A stretch of 64,000 nt of DNA, taken from assembly GCA_965153455.1 (NCBI GenBank), contig OZ234493.1, positions 28,076,213 to 28,140,212 on the forward strand. The letters run 5' to 3'. Numbering within the stretch: position 1 is the first letter of the stretch; each line of letters opens with the position of its first letter. Of this stretch, positions 49,006 through 62,073 are shown one piece after another. This DNA is from Sphagnum compactum (Eukaryota). A program made the position numbers and the translations under genes. The notes beneath the pieces are model-generated. The model made no database searches. It worked only from the letters and a program-made list of their open reading frames with translations, and had not been told where the DNA came from.

Positions 49006-50199
49006 TATGCAAATGTGTCGAACCCAATGCCACATTTAACTCATTGTTATTATCTTGCGGTTGCCCTCCCATGACTCCCATGAAGGAATCAAGTGTCTCC
49101 CTTATTTGAAGGACACTCCTAGGTGTGACACCTTTGGCATCAAGCCCTTGCCACTTTACACGTTCAAACACTTTTTGGGCCCCAAGCTGGTGAAACAACT
49201 TCATTAGTTGCCCCATGTGGATCCAACGCAACTCGATGTGCCCCCATCAATTAGTCCCATGGTGGGTCCCAAGGGGTAGTGGGTATCACCCAAAGGGCCA
49301 TGTCACCCACCGCCACTTGAAGAGGTCAATGTCCTCATTGACTTTGTCCTTTCCCAAGGTCCTCATGGCCCTAACCATAAGCATTATAAAAGGTAGTTAA
49401 TTCTTTCATCTTGGTTATTCCATTTGTGTTGGTTTTTTTATTTTTCATTGACACTTAAGAAATCAAGTGCAATTTGTATACCCTTCTTTGCATCATACTT
49501 GTGATGACTTTTTACACCCCCTTTGTGGCAATTACCAAAACAACTAATTCCTTCCACACATTTCTCACACACTCATTCCTTCTCAAAGTTCCATGGGGCA
49601 ACCCTAATCACCATGGTGGGCTTGCTTCCATTTCAAAATTCCATGGGGCAACACCGACCACCATGGTGAGCTTGCTTTTGGTAATGGATGCAAATGCATT
49701 AGGAATAGTCTTTTATGAATAGGCGAATGAGAATAAGATAAAATATTTCAAGACTATTTTATTTGTGTTAAAAAAATATTGTTTGACAAAAATTTTCAAC
49801 ATGTCATATTTTTTTATTCCACCATGTCAACCACATGGCAATGTTCATGTAACAATCCACTAATATTATTGTTGTTGAGGGGGGGGGGGTGCACATAAAT
49901 GAAAAAACCCAACATACAACAAAATGTTATGAAAGATTTTGTCACAATAGCAGTCGAATGGAAAGATTTCCATAAATACAAAAACATTGTCAACAAAACA
50001 ATTTTGAAATCTCAAAGTTGTTCTATCAACATTTTTTTGACTATTGTCGCACAAATTAATGTTAAGCAAGTTTATAGTAAGGATGGGTGATGTAAACCTT
50101 CAAGTGTTTATAATGTGATTATCATTCCAAATCAAGTTCATTTTCTATTAGTTTTTTTGATAAAACCACAATATATGTTTTTTCCTATCAAGTCAATTA

Positions 50200-51528
50200 G
50201 TCATTTTTGTTAATTATAGTGTATTTTCATTGCATGTTGTTGATTTAATGTGCTCATGTTGAACTCTAACAGACTTAGAATCATATTTACTTGTGGATTA
50301 GAAATATTTGACAAAAATAAAGTCAAAGTCCAAGGTACAAGTGGGAGTTTGGGTAGAAAGGACATAGTAATTCCACCCTTAAACGAGTTTTGTGAGTGCA
50401 TATCTTCATGTAAAAGGGTGTGCAAGAGTTCTTCACATCCCCCTGCCATTTTTTTGGTTTGTTTTCCAACTAAAAAATGATTATTTCCATTCTCATATTT
50501 GTCGAAACTTTCCACCCTTGATTTGGCATCCTTCCACCATGAGTGATACCAATAGGTGGCATTTACCTCCTAGCCTTCCATAGGTTTTCCGTCTTGATTT
50601 TAAGAATGGAAGCACCCATGGCTGTCATTCAAGATGGAAACACCTCCTTTGTTGTCCTCCCCAGGTAGCATGCATTTAATGCATCCAATTCTTCTTCCAA
50701 GATTTGTTCCATTTTTTTTTATATCTTTTGTTACCACATGATTCATGACTAAAAGCACTTTAGGTTCTTCGCGAAAGTCGGACATAATTATTTTTTTATT
50801 GGCCATCTAATAGTAGCTACCTTCCCTGTTATTGAACCCCTGTAATAAGATTAAGGAATGTAGAATTAATGTTTTATCTTATGGTTTTTAGTTGGGTATT
50901 AAGTCCTAGGTCCTTTTCCTACCTTTCTTAGGCAATAATACCTTCCATTTCTTATTCCAATTCCAATTTCCTTTAGATACCCTCCTTTTAAACACCCTCT
51001 TAGTTTTATTGTACACACTGTCCACTTTGTAAGGTTGTGCTACTCTATCTGCCAATAGTGATTTCTCCTTGTCTACCATCAAGATTCAATTTTTGAAAAG
51101 CATTATCATTAATCCTTGCACTAGTTTCATCCTTCAAAAAAATTCCAAATATGATCCATGGGGTGGTCACCAAATGTTAAGGGGTAATTGCGGCCCCCAA
51201 TCATTATTGTCTTCCAAAAGGTAAGACCGGGGGATAAGGTCAATGCCTTATTACTCAACATATCCAAACTACCCTATGCTACCTTACTTTATTACAACTA
51301 CGCACATAGTAAGTAAGGAGTCATACAAATAGCAAAGGAGGAAGGTAAGGGTTTGTTGTCCATACATATTTATTGTCTTATAAATAGCCAAATCCCAAGG
51401 AGGTAGGAGAGGAAGGTAGAGGATAGTATGGAAAAACAATAATACCCAAGAGTGGCTACTCTTTTATGATCTATCGTACTTTCTACGCTTTTGGATATTG
51501 CCATGCTAGGGTCTACAGAGTTGTTACA
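50200..51528 (-). mobile_element. Possible decayed LTR-retrotransposon fragment (LTR ~51528-51175 plus downstream leader)
   Basis: Minus strand reads TGTAACA...CCTTAACA followed by TTTGGTGACC (PBS-like), with purine-rich GGAAAGGGGATA upstream. The downstream coding relics are not confidently assignable. Confidence 0.35.
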
Positions 51529-51619
51529 ACTATTATCCCCTTTCCATGACGCTTGAAATCTTCTAATGGCTATGCTTGTTGCTTGTACACTAGAAGAAAT
51601 GTTGTAATATGTAACCATT

Positions 51620-53290
51620 CAATTTGCAACGACATGCGACTATATGCAACTACTTATCATTTGCAACTTTGTTTTATCAATTAGTCATCGTCTTTTAAAA
51701 TTTATGACTATTTTTATGACTATGGTGCGACTATTAAATTACACACCCTTCCATAATGATTAACTTCTTGGATTTTTCATCCAACAATAGGTTCTTATGT
51801 TCATTTGGTTGCAAAATTAGTTGCAATTTGGTTACTTATTATGATGTGTTTATACATTTAATGTACACTAGGGTTTTGGGGACTACATCAAGAATATGTT
51901 ATATAAATTTTATTCAAAGTATATTAAACATATATTTGACCATATTATGGGCATATTGGATTGAAAAAAAATTATTTTGATTTTGTATGGTTCATTAAAA
52001 ATTATACCATATTTATTAATGTATGATTAAATTATAGTATTACGGTCATATTATTATGATATAATAATTGTATCAAATGATCATTAATTATTGGTAAATT
52101 ATTATTTAAAATAATTCATTAATTATTATAAATTATGAGCTTTTTTTATTCAAGCATTTATTATATTTTAGCTAAAACCAACTAATTAAGTAATCAATTA
52201 GTTTTATTAGTTATTTTTTATAATAATAATATTAATTAATTAATTAAAATTAATTAATTTCTATCAAGAAGTCAATAAGTTTATAAATAAATAATCTATA
52301 TTTAGTATTTATCAATCAATGATTTGTCAATAATATATATGATATTAATTAATATGAATTAACTGATTATTCTAAATAAAATTTCAGATAAAGATTATCT
52401 GATTACTCCTTATTTAATTAATTCTGAAATATATGATTAAATCTGAAATATTTCAATAATCTTATAGGTAGTTAATTAATCAAGAGGTATGGTTTATAGT
52501 TAATGACTACTAATTAGTAAATATTTATTCAGCCAATGAATAATAAATAATAAATTATTCACAAATTAAAATTTTTAGTTACTATTAATGATTAGTTTAA
52601 AAACGATTAAATTTTTACTTAATAAATAAATAATACTCATAATTATATGTCATTTTTGTCTAATAATTTCTTTTGAAGTTATTTAATATTTCACCAATAT
52701 AAATTAGTAATTATTTATTGTTTATGGATATTTATTAAACTATGTGATAGTTAATAATCAGGAATTACCAATTTATATATATATATAATATCAATTGACA
52801 CCTAATTAATTTTTATTTAATTAGTTAATGACTAGCAATTTAAAATTGTTTATTTTCAAAGGTAATTTTTTTATTTAAGTAATTGAAAATTTATTCTATA
52901 AGTAATTACCAAATAATTGGATATATTAAAAACTTGAATGATTAATTTGTTACTTGATCAATCAATTAGATATTTAATAATTTTATGGAAATAATTTATT
53001 ATCAATTTTGATTTATTACTATGAACCAATTGATTATTGGAAACCATGAAAGAATAATGATAAATGTTACTTTTAAAATTCTGAAAATAATTAAACAATA
53101 ATATGTAGTAAGTAGTTTTATAAGTGGGTGGGTGGGTAGGTAATTAGTTATTAGTTAATTATTTATTTATTTCTACTTATTTTGTTGTATAATTTACAAA
53201 ATTAAAAACAAGCACAAAACTTTTGGGAGAATCATTTTTAGTTGTAATTGAATTTGTGACTAAGGTGCAACTAAAAGGTTTAACCCATAT
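51620..53290. other. Extremely AT-rich segment bounded by GCAACT/AGTTGC motif clusters (possible non-autonomous element)
   Basis: The core (~51960-53200) is nearly devoid of G/C and has no ORFs. GCAACT/GCGACT/AGTTG motifs cluster at both ends. Confidence 0.4.
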
Positions 53291-54689
53291 GTTTTGTCTT
53301 CTAATGTCATTTTACAAAGTAAATAAAGAAGGTGCCTTTTTTTTGGATTCACATTAAAAATCATATGCCATTTGGGATGAGCTCAGAGGAATTTTAACCC
53401 TAAAGGCAAAATATAAAATAAAGTACAAATATTTACATGGGTATTTTTTAACTCGTCTATTTTTTTACCTTCCTACCTATTTACCTACCTTCCTACTTAA
53501 GTAGCTAGGTGGATAAGTAAGTAAATAAGTAGGTATGTATTTTAAGTAGGTAGGTTTTTTTTAATGTACAAACCTGCCTACCCACCTATGTAAGTAATTA
53601 TTTATTTTATTTTATTTTTCCAAATTCAATCATATGCCACATGACAACTTTTGATTGTGCCATGTGTCATAATATAAATACATCTAAATCAAATAATCAT
53701 AATGGATGGTTGATATCAACATTTTCATAAAAATTTATTCCAAATGCCACATGTCAAATTTTCTTTTGTCCAAGGGTCATCATGTAAATAGTTGAAATGT
53801 TGATTTTTCTTCATTATATATTATATAAAATCATGTATTAAAAGTTTCCAAGTTTTGCCACATGGCAAATATGATTAGAAAATTCTATGGCCATCCATTA
53901 TGGATGGCCTAGATTAATATTTGAATAATTTGAAAAAATCCCAAACAATTATTATGTTGACAAATGGCAATTAGTGGTTATTTACTACTAACTTAATTCA
54001 TAACTTCGAGAACCTCAAAATACATCATCAAACCAACAATTACCACTAGCAATCAAATGTTCATAATGCTCCCACTTGACAATATAAATGAACATTTTGT
54101 AGCATGACCATTAATCAACAACATATGGAAACTTCTTACTATTTTGGACCCAAGTAACTCATGAACCCACATAAGTTCCCAAACATTCACATTAACTTGC
54201 AATATTTTGCATGGAGGGTTCACATTGTCTTGAAAACTCATTTTAAAAATGGAAAAAAAACATAATCACAACCAGTTCTTGCAAAATAAACGTTACTAGA
54301 CCCTACTCCACAATTGATATCATGCAAAAAGAATGTTTTTTATAGAACAAACATCTTATACATTCTTCTTTCAACATGAGAAAACACAAAAACACCACTT
54401 CTTAGCTACCTTAACTCGAAAAACACCAATGTATCCACTAAAGTCTTTATTGAATTTCTCTAACAAGTCCCTGTAACCACTAACTTTCCATTCAAATGGA
54501 CCAAATGTTGTAGTTGCAACAACAACAACATTTACACACCATGGAGAAAAATACGAACCCCATGATGTTGCCTTGTATTTGCGTTGCAACTTCAACAACC
54601 AGCCCCCACCTTCCTTAGACACATTTCGTGTGATAACGTTTGACCACCTTACATGTTCAAAAAGAAAAACAACAACATTAGTACTTGCA

Positions 54690-54925
54690 GTACCACAAAT
54701 GCACTAGTAGTTGCCTACCATGCTCCAAACAAACATCGTCTACACGATATCACATAGACCTACCTTGCACACTCAGGAAAAAAACAACAATAACAATAGC
54801 TACTTTACCACAAATGCACGACTAACTGCGTACCACGCTCCCAACAACAAAATCATAGCTGTTCTACCAGAAATGCACGACTACCTTTGTACCACATTCC
54901 ATACAACAACAAAACCTACCTTCCT
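54690..54925. repeat. Diverged ~59-bp repeat (ACCAC/GAAATGCAC...)
   Basis: Units begin at about 54692, 54807 and 54866. Confidence 0.6.
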
Positions 54926-57132
54926 CAAATACACTTTGCGCGAAATCACACACAAAACATGCCTTCCTCAGACGCCCTCCACGCAAAATCACAAACAACC
55001 AACTAGCCGCTACCTCGCTCAAACAGTCTACAAATGACCTATCCCTAATTTCGCCATCACCTCCCTAAACCCTAAATAAACCACTTTCCATCCGCCCATC
55101 TTTTTAAACCACTTTCTATCCGTCCCTTGTGTGAACACATGAACACTAAACCTACTTTAAACCTCCGTGTGTAAACACTAACAAATTGGTTTCTCTACTT
55201 CCACCAGTTTGAAAGCGTCATTCTTATGCACAATTTCTAAAAGCAAAAACCAATGCGAGGGACCCTGTGGGGGCAGGGCCCCATAAAATCGAAACACAAC
55301 AATAAATCCTCGTAAGCAAGGGCGCACTCCTACCGCATGTCCTCACAAAAGAACCAATAAAACACTCAGCGAGGGGCATTCCATTACACCCACGTGCTGG
55401 GTTCCCACGTATTTCTCTGCTCTCCTGCCAGCACGACGAGACTTACAGAGAAAAGAGCCGCACTGTCATTTATGCCCTGTAAACCCATAGCAGCAGGGCA
55501 TTACGCCTGCAAACAGAGGGTGCCAGGCAGGCCATTACACCAGCAGATGTTGGTTCGCAGGTGTAATGCCTTGCTGCCAAGGCTTTACCCTGTATGTATA
55601 CCTTCAACCACCACTGTATAAGAAATGCCTCAAATAACATGCAAATCCAGCTACAATTTATTCTTATTATTTATGTTCAGCACAGACAACTTTGGAATCA
55701 GTTGTTAAAATACAAAAGACCAAAAACCTATTGCAAATACCCTAAATTTAAGAAAAAAAGAAATAAAATAAAAATTTCAATCTATCCCCCATTTGATTGA
55801 GTCGTTAATCTACTAGATAAGAGAAACTTGGTCAACAGTTTAAAAAAAGAGTAATCAATAAACCACACAATGGATAATTTACACACACGTGACACACATA
55901 GATAGGTATATCGTACGTATTTACATGTTTACATATTTAGACATAAATAGCAGGAAATATACGATGTATATATATATATATATCTCTCTCAAGTTCTCCC
56001 TCGCTGCTCTTGTGTGCTGCAGCGGTTTGTTGTGATCTTCGAGGGGGAGGGAGTAGCAGCGATGGTCCTCGCCCTGTCTGGATCGCGTTGCTACGGTTGG
56101 CTTCTAAGACCTGAGCTTCTTCTATCGCACCCACATTCTTTCCTGCATAATCGATTCTTGTCTCTTACCCTCCCCTCCTTTTTACGTTATCGCATTTCTT
56201 CGTTCGTAGGGTTTTGGGGGTTATCGTATGCGTCATTTTTCCTCTGTTTCCGAATTGGTGGTATGTTTTTGGATGTAAGTGTAAGCGCCGCTGATGATTG
56301 TAAGAAATTTTTGGTGGTGATATTTTAGAGCGAAGAGCTTGGGAGTTTGTATTACATTTTTCCGGAATCACAGTTTGAAGTCGGGGTGAATTGTCTTAGG
56401 AGGGTGTGTGTTTGCGTGCTGTATGGAACTAACATCTCGTAGCGCTTTTTCTTCATACTTAAAAGATGCATACGTTGGTGAGGTGGAGGGTGTTTGCGGT
56501 GGGGATGCCACATGTTGTCACCTTTTGGTCTAGTATCAGAATCCTGCAATACCTATTCCGTTGATATTGGCACAAAATCTCGCCTGGAACTGATGAAGAT
56601 TGATGCAAAGATTCGTACACGACTATGGGGGGCGTCTGGCTCTAGTTTCAGCGTCTGTTGCTAATTGTGCATCGTGAATCCGGGAAATTCTCACAGGCGT
56701 GCAATCACAGCAGTATTGTGCATTTGGATGCTCCCTGTTGTTTCAGAGGGATTGTTTAATTGTCTGGGTAGTTTCTGTCTTCTGGTCACCAATGGTCCTT
56801 GAATAAGAAGTCTTTGTAATTGTGAGTGCTGTGCTTGGAAATAAGTCCAGATCCAGAAGACAACTGATGTAACAAGAATCACTCCACTTTGCGAGCGCTG
56901 CAGTAGCATTCCGTTACGAAATCAAAGTGCATTTGCCAACCGTTGTATCATTCCTGTGCAGGTTCAAGTAACGCATATGAGAAACACTTATCAGAGCTTT
57001 CCAGCGAGTTCAGCACCATGTTTGAATAAAATTTTGAGGGTTTGAACAAGGCTTGGGAAAAGTGCAAACTGCTCATGTCTACACTATTTAATTCAGGACT
57101 GCTTGTTCATCATGTTGCTGATTGTTGCGGCT

Positions 57133-60108
57133 ATGCAGAATTCTGTACTTACAAGGAGACATTTGGGCTCAGGTGCACTGGCTGGATCAAAAAGAGTGCA
57201 AGGTGAAAGTGCAAAGTCCAGAACTGCAGCAAAGAGTATGCAGGTTGTGGCCTCAAGCAGGGACATTATGTCTGGCTGCTCAGCAGCTCACCTCTATGTC
57301 ACATCTTGCTTCAGACGGCCATTTGAGTGCAATTCCCAGGTCTGGCATATCTCAGCAGTTGCCAAGGGTATGTCCTCTGCACAATGTATTTTTGTTGGTA
57401 CAAGGGATATGATAAATTTTTGGGTGATGGATTCCTTGTGTTGACCTTTTTGACCCATGCATCTGGTGAGTTGATACAGCCAGTCTGGTAAATCTTTTGA
57501 TTGGTTAATTCCTTGTTTGGACCTTTTGATCCATGCATCATCTAGTGAGGTGGTATACTTTGGGAATCTTTGATGTGGTAAATTTTCTATGTTATGTGTG
57601 AAGTTTCCTCTCCAAGTTGTCTCTCACTCTAACAGATCAGGATTTTGTTGTCAGGAACTATTGCTGTGTTGAGGACATGGCTGTTTCTTTACTTTGATCA
57701 GTTTTGTATAACTCATGCAAAGCTACATTGACAGGGTTTAGATTCTCTGGGTGTCTGCCAAGTCATATTACCAATTCTGACTATAGTGGTATTTTGCAGA
57801 TGTTACTTTGGAAAAAGAACCTCCAAAAGATGATGAAAATGAGCTGTGCCATCTGACTCCAAATGCCTTTGAGGTGATCACAACTTCAATAGTCTCAAGC
57901 CCTGTCACACTGATGTCATTCCAGCAGGATATTAGCTCCTAATTTCCTGAAGGCTCAGAAGATTCTAAGAACAACTTGGTGCCTTTGCAGATACTTTGAT
58001 TCAAGTTAGTTGTTGGAATCTGCCAGTTATCTTGCTGTGAGTTTCTTAATCAATCTGAAAATTGTGTGAATAATACTCCAGGTAACATCGAGTTTTTAAA
58101 TCATTCAAATTTTCTGTTCCATTTGAAGTACTTTTGGTGGCATGCAATGATTTTATTCTAAAATTTATTTTTTCCAATGTAAGAGGCTGCACTTTTGTGC
58201 AAGAATGCTCCTTAATCACTTGCAGAATAGGCATAATCCTTGTTCTGTTGATGCAACAGGTGCGATCACTTCTTATGAAGGTGTGTGATGAGACAGAGAT
58301 TGCAGAACTAAGATTGAAGGTGAATACTGGTTCAATACATGCTAATACTCCTCCTCATCTGATTTTATAACTGACTTGTGAACCTGTGTATGAGCAGCAA
58401 AAGTCTTCACAGCACATATCCTGAACAAGTTGCTTGATTCAAAATTTCCAAACCATAGGCTTCTTCAGATTCCTAATAGTTCTAGACACATTTTTGCACT
58501 AGCTGTGTGCATACACACGCCTCACTAGCTCATTTGAAATTGTTTGTTGCACAGGTGGGACCCTTTATGTTACACATGAAGAGAGATCTTGAGAAAGCCA
58601 AGGAATCTGTACTAGCTGTACATACTGCAGCTGCTCCAGTCCCTAGCAAGTGCAAGGTTGATTCTACTCCTGTGCATTCACCCCCATCCAAGGCAAGTAA
58701 TGGTACCTCCAGCATGGGAATGATCTCATCATTCAACTCCAAGCCAGCCACACTGTTTAGGCTCTTGGTAGCAGCAGCTGATGAAGGCTTGCTTTTCATC
58801 ACATCTCCAAAGGTTGATAATCCAATCCTTCTATTCCACACTTTCTCTGAGAATCTTCTTTTTTCTTTCCTTATCTCCATTTTGAGATCAAGGACCCTCT
58901 GTGAGAGTTCTTGGACTTAACATGAGATAACGTGGTCTCTCGTAAAACTAAATGTTCTCACAGTTGCATCCTATGTATTTCATTCCCTGTGGTTTCTAGC
59001 CTCTGCAATTTCAGGTTTTATTACTGCCATCCACAATGTAAGAAGGTGGTGTGAACTTCAGGTTGGCTACTTCAGAAAGGGGCGTAATGTCAAAGGAAAA
59101 CGTGGCAAGCCGCTCTGTGAGGAGGTGAGGTTTTATCATGCCTTAGTACTCATGTCCTGTGAATGTTTATCCTACTCGAAAGTCTTCTTTAACGTTGTGC
59201 ACCTGTTCTTGACATCAATACATATGGGAATTCTGGAAGAACTCTTTTGAGACGCCTAACAATCTTACTTGTAATTGCCATGATTTGTTGATTGAAGATG
59301 TTGGCAATCTGGCAGGGTCAAGTGATTCGGGAGGGCCAAGTGGTGTGCTATCTGGAGCAGCTCGGAACGCAGCAGCCTGTGGAGGTATATAGAGCAAAGA
59401 TACTAAAAGCTTGTGTATGAAATACAGATGTGAAAGAAAACTCTATGCAGTTACACAACTAGGCTACTTCACACAAATGAGCTCAGCAGATTGGGGTAGA
59501 CAGTATACATGTACCTGTTCCAACCTCAAGCCAATCAGTTTATACACAACTATTTGCAGTTGAGAATTGCCAAGGATTCTGAACAAGTCAGCAAGCTGAT
59601 TTCTTGTAGCTCTGAGTGACTCCGATTTTCACAGTAGGACCACAGCACTTGCTGCTTGATCATTTCTTAATGATAACTGTATTTGCCTCATGGACCATGT
59701 TTTGTCTAATGGATGTGCAGTTGCTTATGAGTGCATACATAATGGCTGCAGGCTGAAATATCAGGAGAAGTCATGAAAGTCTTATGGGAAGATGGAGGTA
59801 TTGATTCTCATTCCAAGTTCTGTTCCATGAACATTAGATCTTTTCTGAAGGCCGATGAGCAACTGCACAAGTGATGATGAAATATTTTTGGAGTGATTAG
59901 CCATCAGTGGAAAGTGTTCACCATAGGTGATCTTTTCTTTTGGTGTCACACATTGCTATCACGATTTGCAGGTTGGGGCCTCCATCTGGGCAGGTGATGA
60001 GAATTAATTTTTTGAAAAACCTTGTTTTGTGATGCAGAGCCAGTTGGGTATGGGGACCCATTGATCGCTATTCGCCCATCGTTTCCTGGCATCAAGAAGC
60101 TCACTTAG
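57133..60108 (+). CDS. BADC: Biotin/lipoyl attachment domain-containing (BADC, BCCP-like) protein; 8 exons (57133-57367, 57800-57873, 58260-58319, 58555-58812, 59062-59124, 59316-59384, 59752-59797, 60038-60108), ~291 aa; start codon tentative
   Basis: Spliced product reads PNAFE-VRSLLMKVCDETEIAELRLK-VGPFMLHMKR...ITSPK-VGYFRKGRNVKGKRGKPLCEE-GQVIREGQVVCYLEQLGTQQPVE-AEISGEVMKVLWEDG-EPVGYGDPLIAIRPSFPGIKKLT*. All introns are GT-AG with consistent phase. EQLGT replaces the biotinylated EAMK motif, as is typical of BADCs. Confidence 0.93.
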
Positions 60109-62050
60109 CTGTCAGTTGCTCCATAGACTGTGCTTTGTGAAATACTATAGGTGCATGAAGTTCTAAAATTGGAGCATGATCACTTAGAAGCAACTTGAAA
60201 TCACGCCTTGATTGATAGGATTTCTCTTTCTCTCTGAGCCCTTGTTGCTTGAAAGATGATACATGAGAAAAGTAGCACCCTCATTTTTTTTCCTGGTGAC
60301 TTTGAATATGCATGTCCTGAGTCATTACTTGGTGTAGTTGAGGTGTGTTTCCTTGTAACCCTCACATGAAGTGAAGGTGAGACTGCAGACCTCTTCAATT
60401 CAATCATTCATTTGTTTTGCTGTGGAGTTGCCAGCACCATGGCTGAGAGTTTCTCTGTACTGCCTGTCTGGAGACAGAAACTCAGTATGTTGGTTACTAT
60501 GCAGTTGACCTCCACCCACTGCGAGCTGATGATTTCAGTGGGAATGTCAAGGTAGCTGGTCACAACCATACATGTTGCTGTTGAAGGTCTTTAAACATGC
60601 ATGTGACTCTGAAAGTAGTTCAGACCACTCAGTTTTGCTTTTCCCCTCTGCTCTTTAGGGCTGGGTGTCTTGATTGCTGATATGTTGTCATCTCTATAAT
60701 TCTGGTATTGAGTCATCTTGCAAGTCTATTCAGTTTTGATTTAAGTTCTTAGTATGGTGAAATTCTGTGTACTTATGAAGAAATATATTATTTTGTTTTT
60801 GCTAACAACAATACAGGCTGCATACAGTGTGGACAACCCAGGCATATGAGACTAAGTGATTTCTTTGGATGATGTTGATGCTCTTAGTCAAGAGGTGTTG
60901 CACACGCACTGCCATTACAACTTTTGTGTTATGGCATGTTGATTCTGGCAAGAGACATGTCTTATTCTGATACTACTTGCTGGAGAGTCCCAATGAGGTC
61001 TTGTGGTGGAGAGTTGCAGCATTCTTGGGGTATGTTGATAATCAGGTCAGATGTTTCAGATCTTCTAATTTCTAAAACTAATTGAACAGGTTGATGGAGG
61101 ACTCAAAGTCCAGTTTGTTATATTGTTGAACCAAATGATACATACTTTTTCTGCTGGGGGTTGGGGTTGGAGTGTCATCATCTTATGACTCTGGCCAGCC
61201 ACTGGTCATCAGGCAAAAAGCTCAGTGAGAGTATGTGCGGTGTCTCATCATATTTATCAGCATTAGCTACATCTGTGCAGTGTCCTCACATTTACAATTT
61301 TCATCATCCCAGGCTTTAAATGAATCTCTGATGCACAACTATCCACGGAGAGTATTCAAGATATTTGTAAATCTTATTTGATATTCTCTTTGTAGATGAG
61401 TATTGCAATTGCTTGGCACCAGGTTTGTAGCTACCTACCTGAAAGGATGGCACTTTGAAAGTCAATTTTCTTTGGAGCATGCAGGAAGGGATATCAAATA
61501 TTTCCCAGTTTGCTATGGCAGTCAAATTGGTCACCCTGTTTTGGTTATGGAAGAGTTCTTGTATCACACCTCAGTTCACAGGTTATGGCCTGGTGTTGTT
61601 GTACTATGCATTGTGTATATTCCTTGTGGTAAAGAGGAGCTAATCTCTTGGAGAACAAGATGATACAACAATAAATATGCTACGAGGCTGGTCAGGGCAT
61701 CCTCAGTGCATGACGATGAATTCTCATGTGAAGAATATAAACACATAAAAATAAAAAATGAATGATGCAAAGTTCATCAACTGAGATCAAACTCAATTTT
61801 TCATCACCTGTAGAACTACTGGCTTCCTTTTGACTCAGGGTTGTACAGTTTTCTAACTAAAAAATGGTGAAATTTTTTTGCTGCTAATTTTTCTCTCAAG
61901 GTTTAATTGCTAGGTACCCAACCTTGCTAATGGGTTCACCTATTGACCCCCTTCTATATGGTAATCTTTGTGGCTAGTTGGAAGCAATATCTAACATGGC
62001 TCTCTGTTCACCAAGTTATATTGGTGCTGAGCTATTCATAATAATTGTTG

Positions 62051-62073
62051 CTTCTTCTTCTTCTTCTTCTTCT
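62051..62073. repeat. (CTT)n microsatellite
   Basis: About 7.7 CTT units. Confidence 0.9.

Noticed and set aside
59355-59372. Loss of the biotinylated Lys (EQLGT instead of EAMKL) as pseudogenisation of BCCP
   Set aside because: This is the established hallmark of the BADC family, and the gene is otherwise intact.
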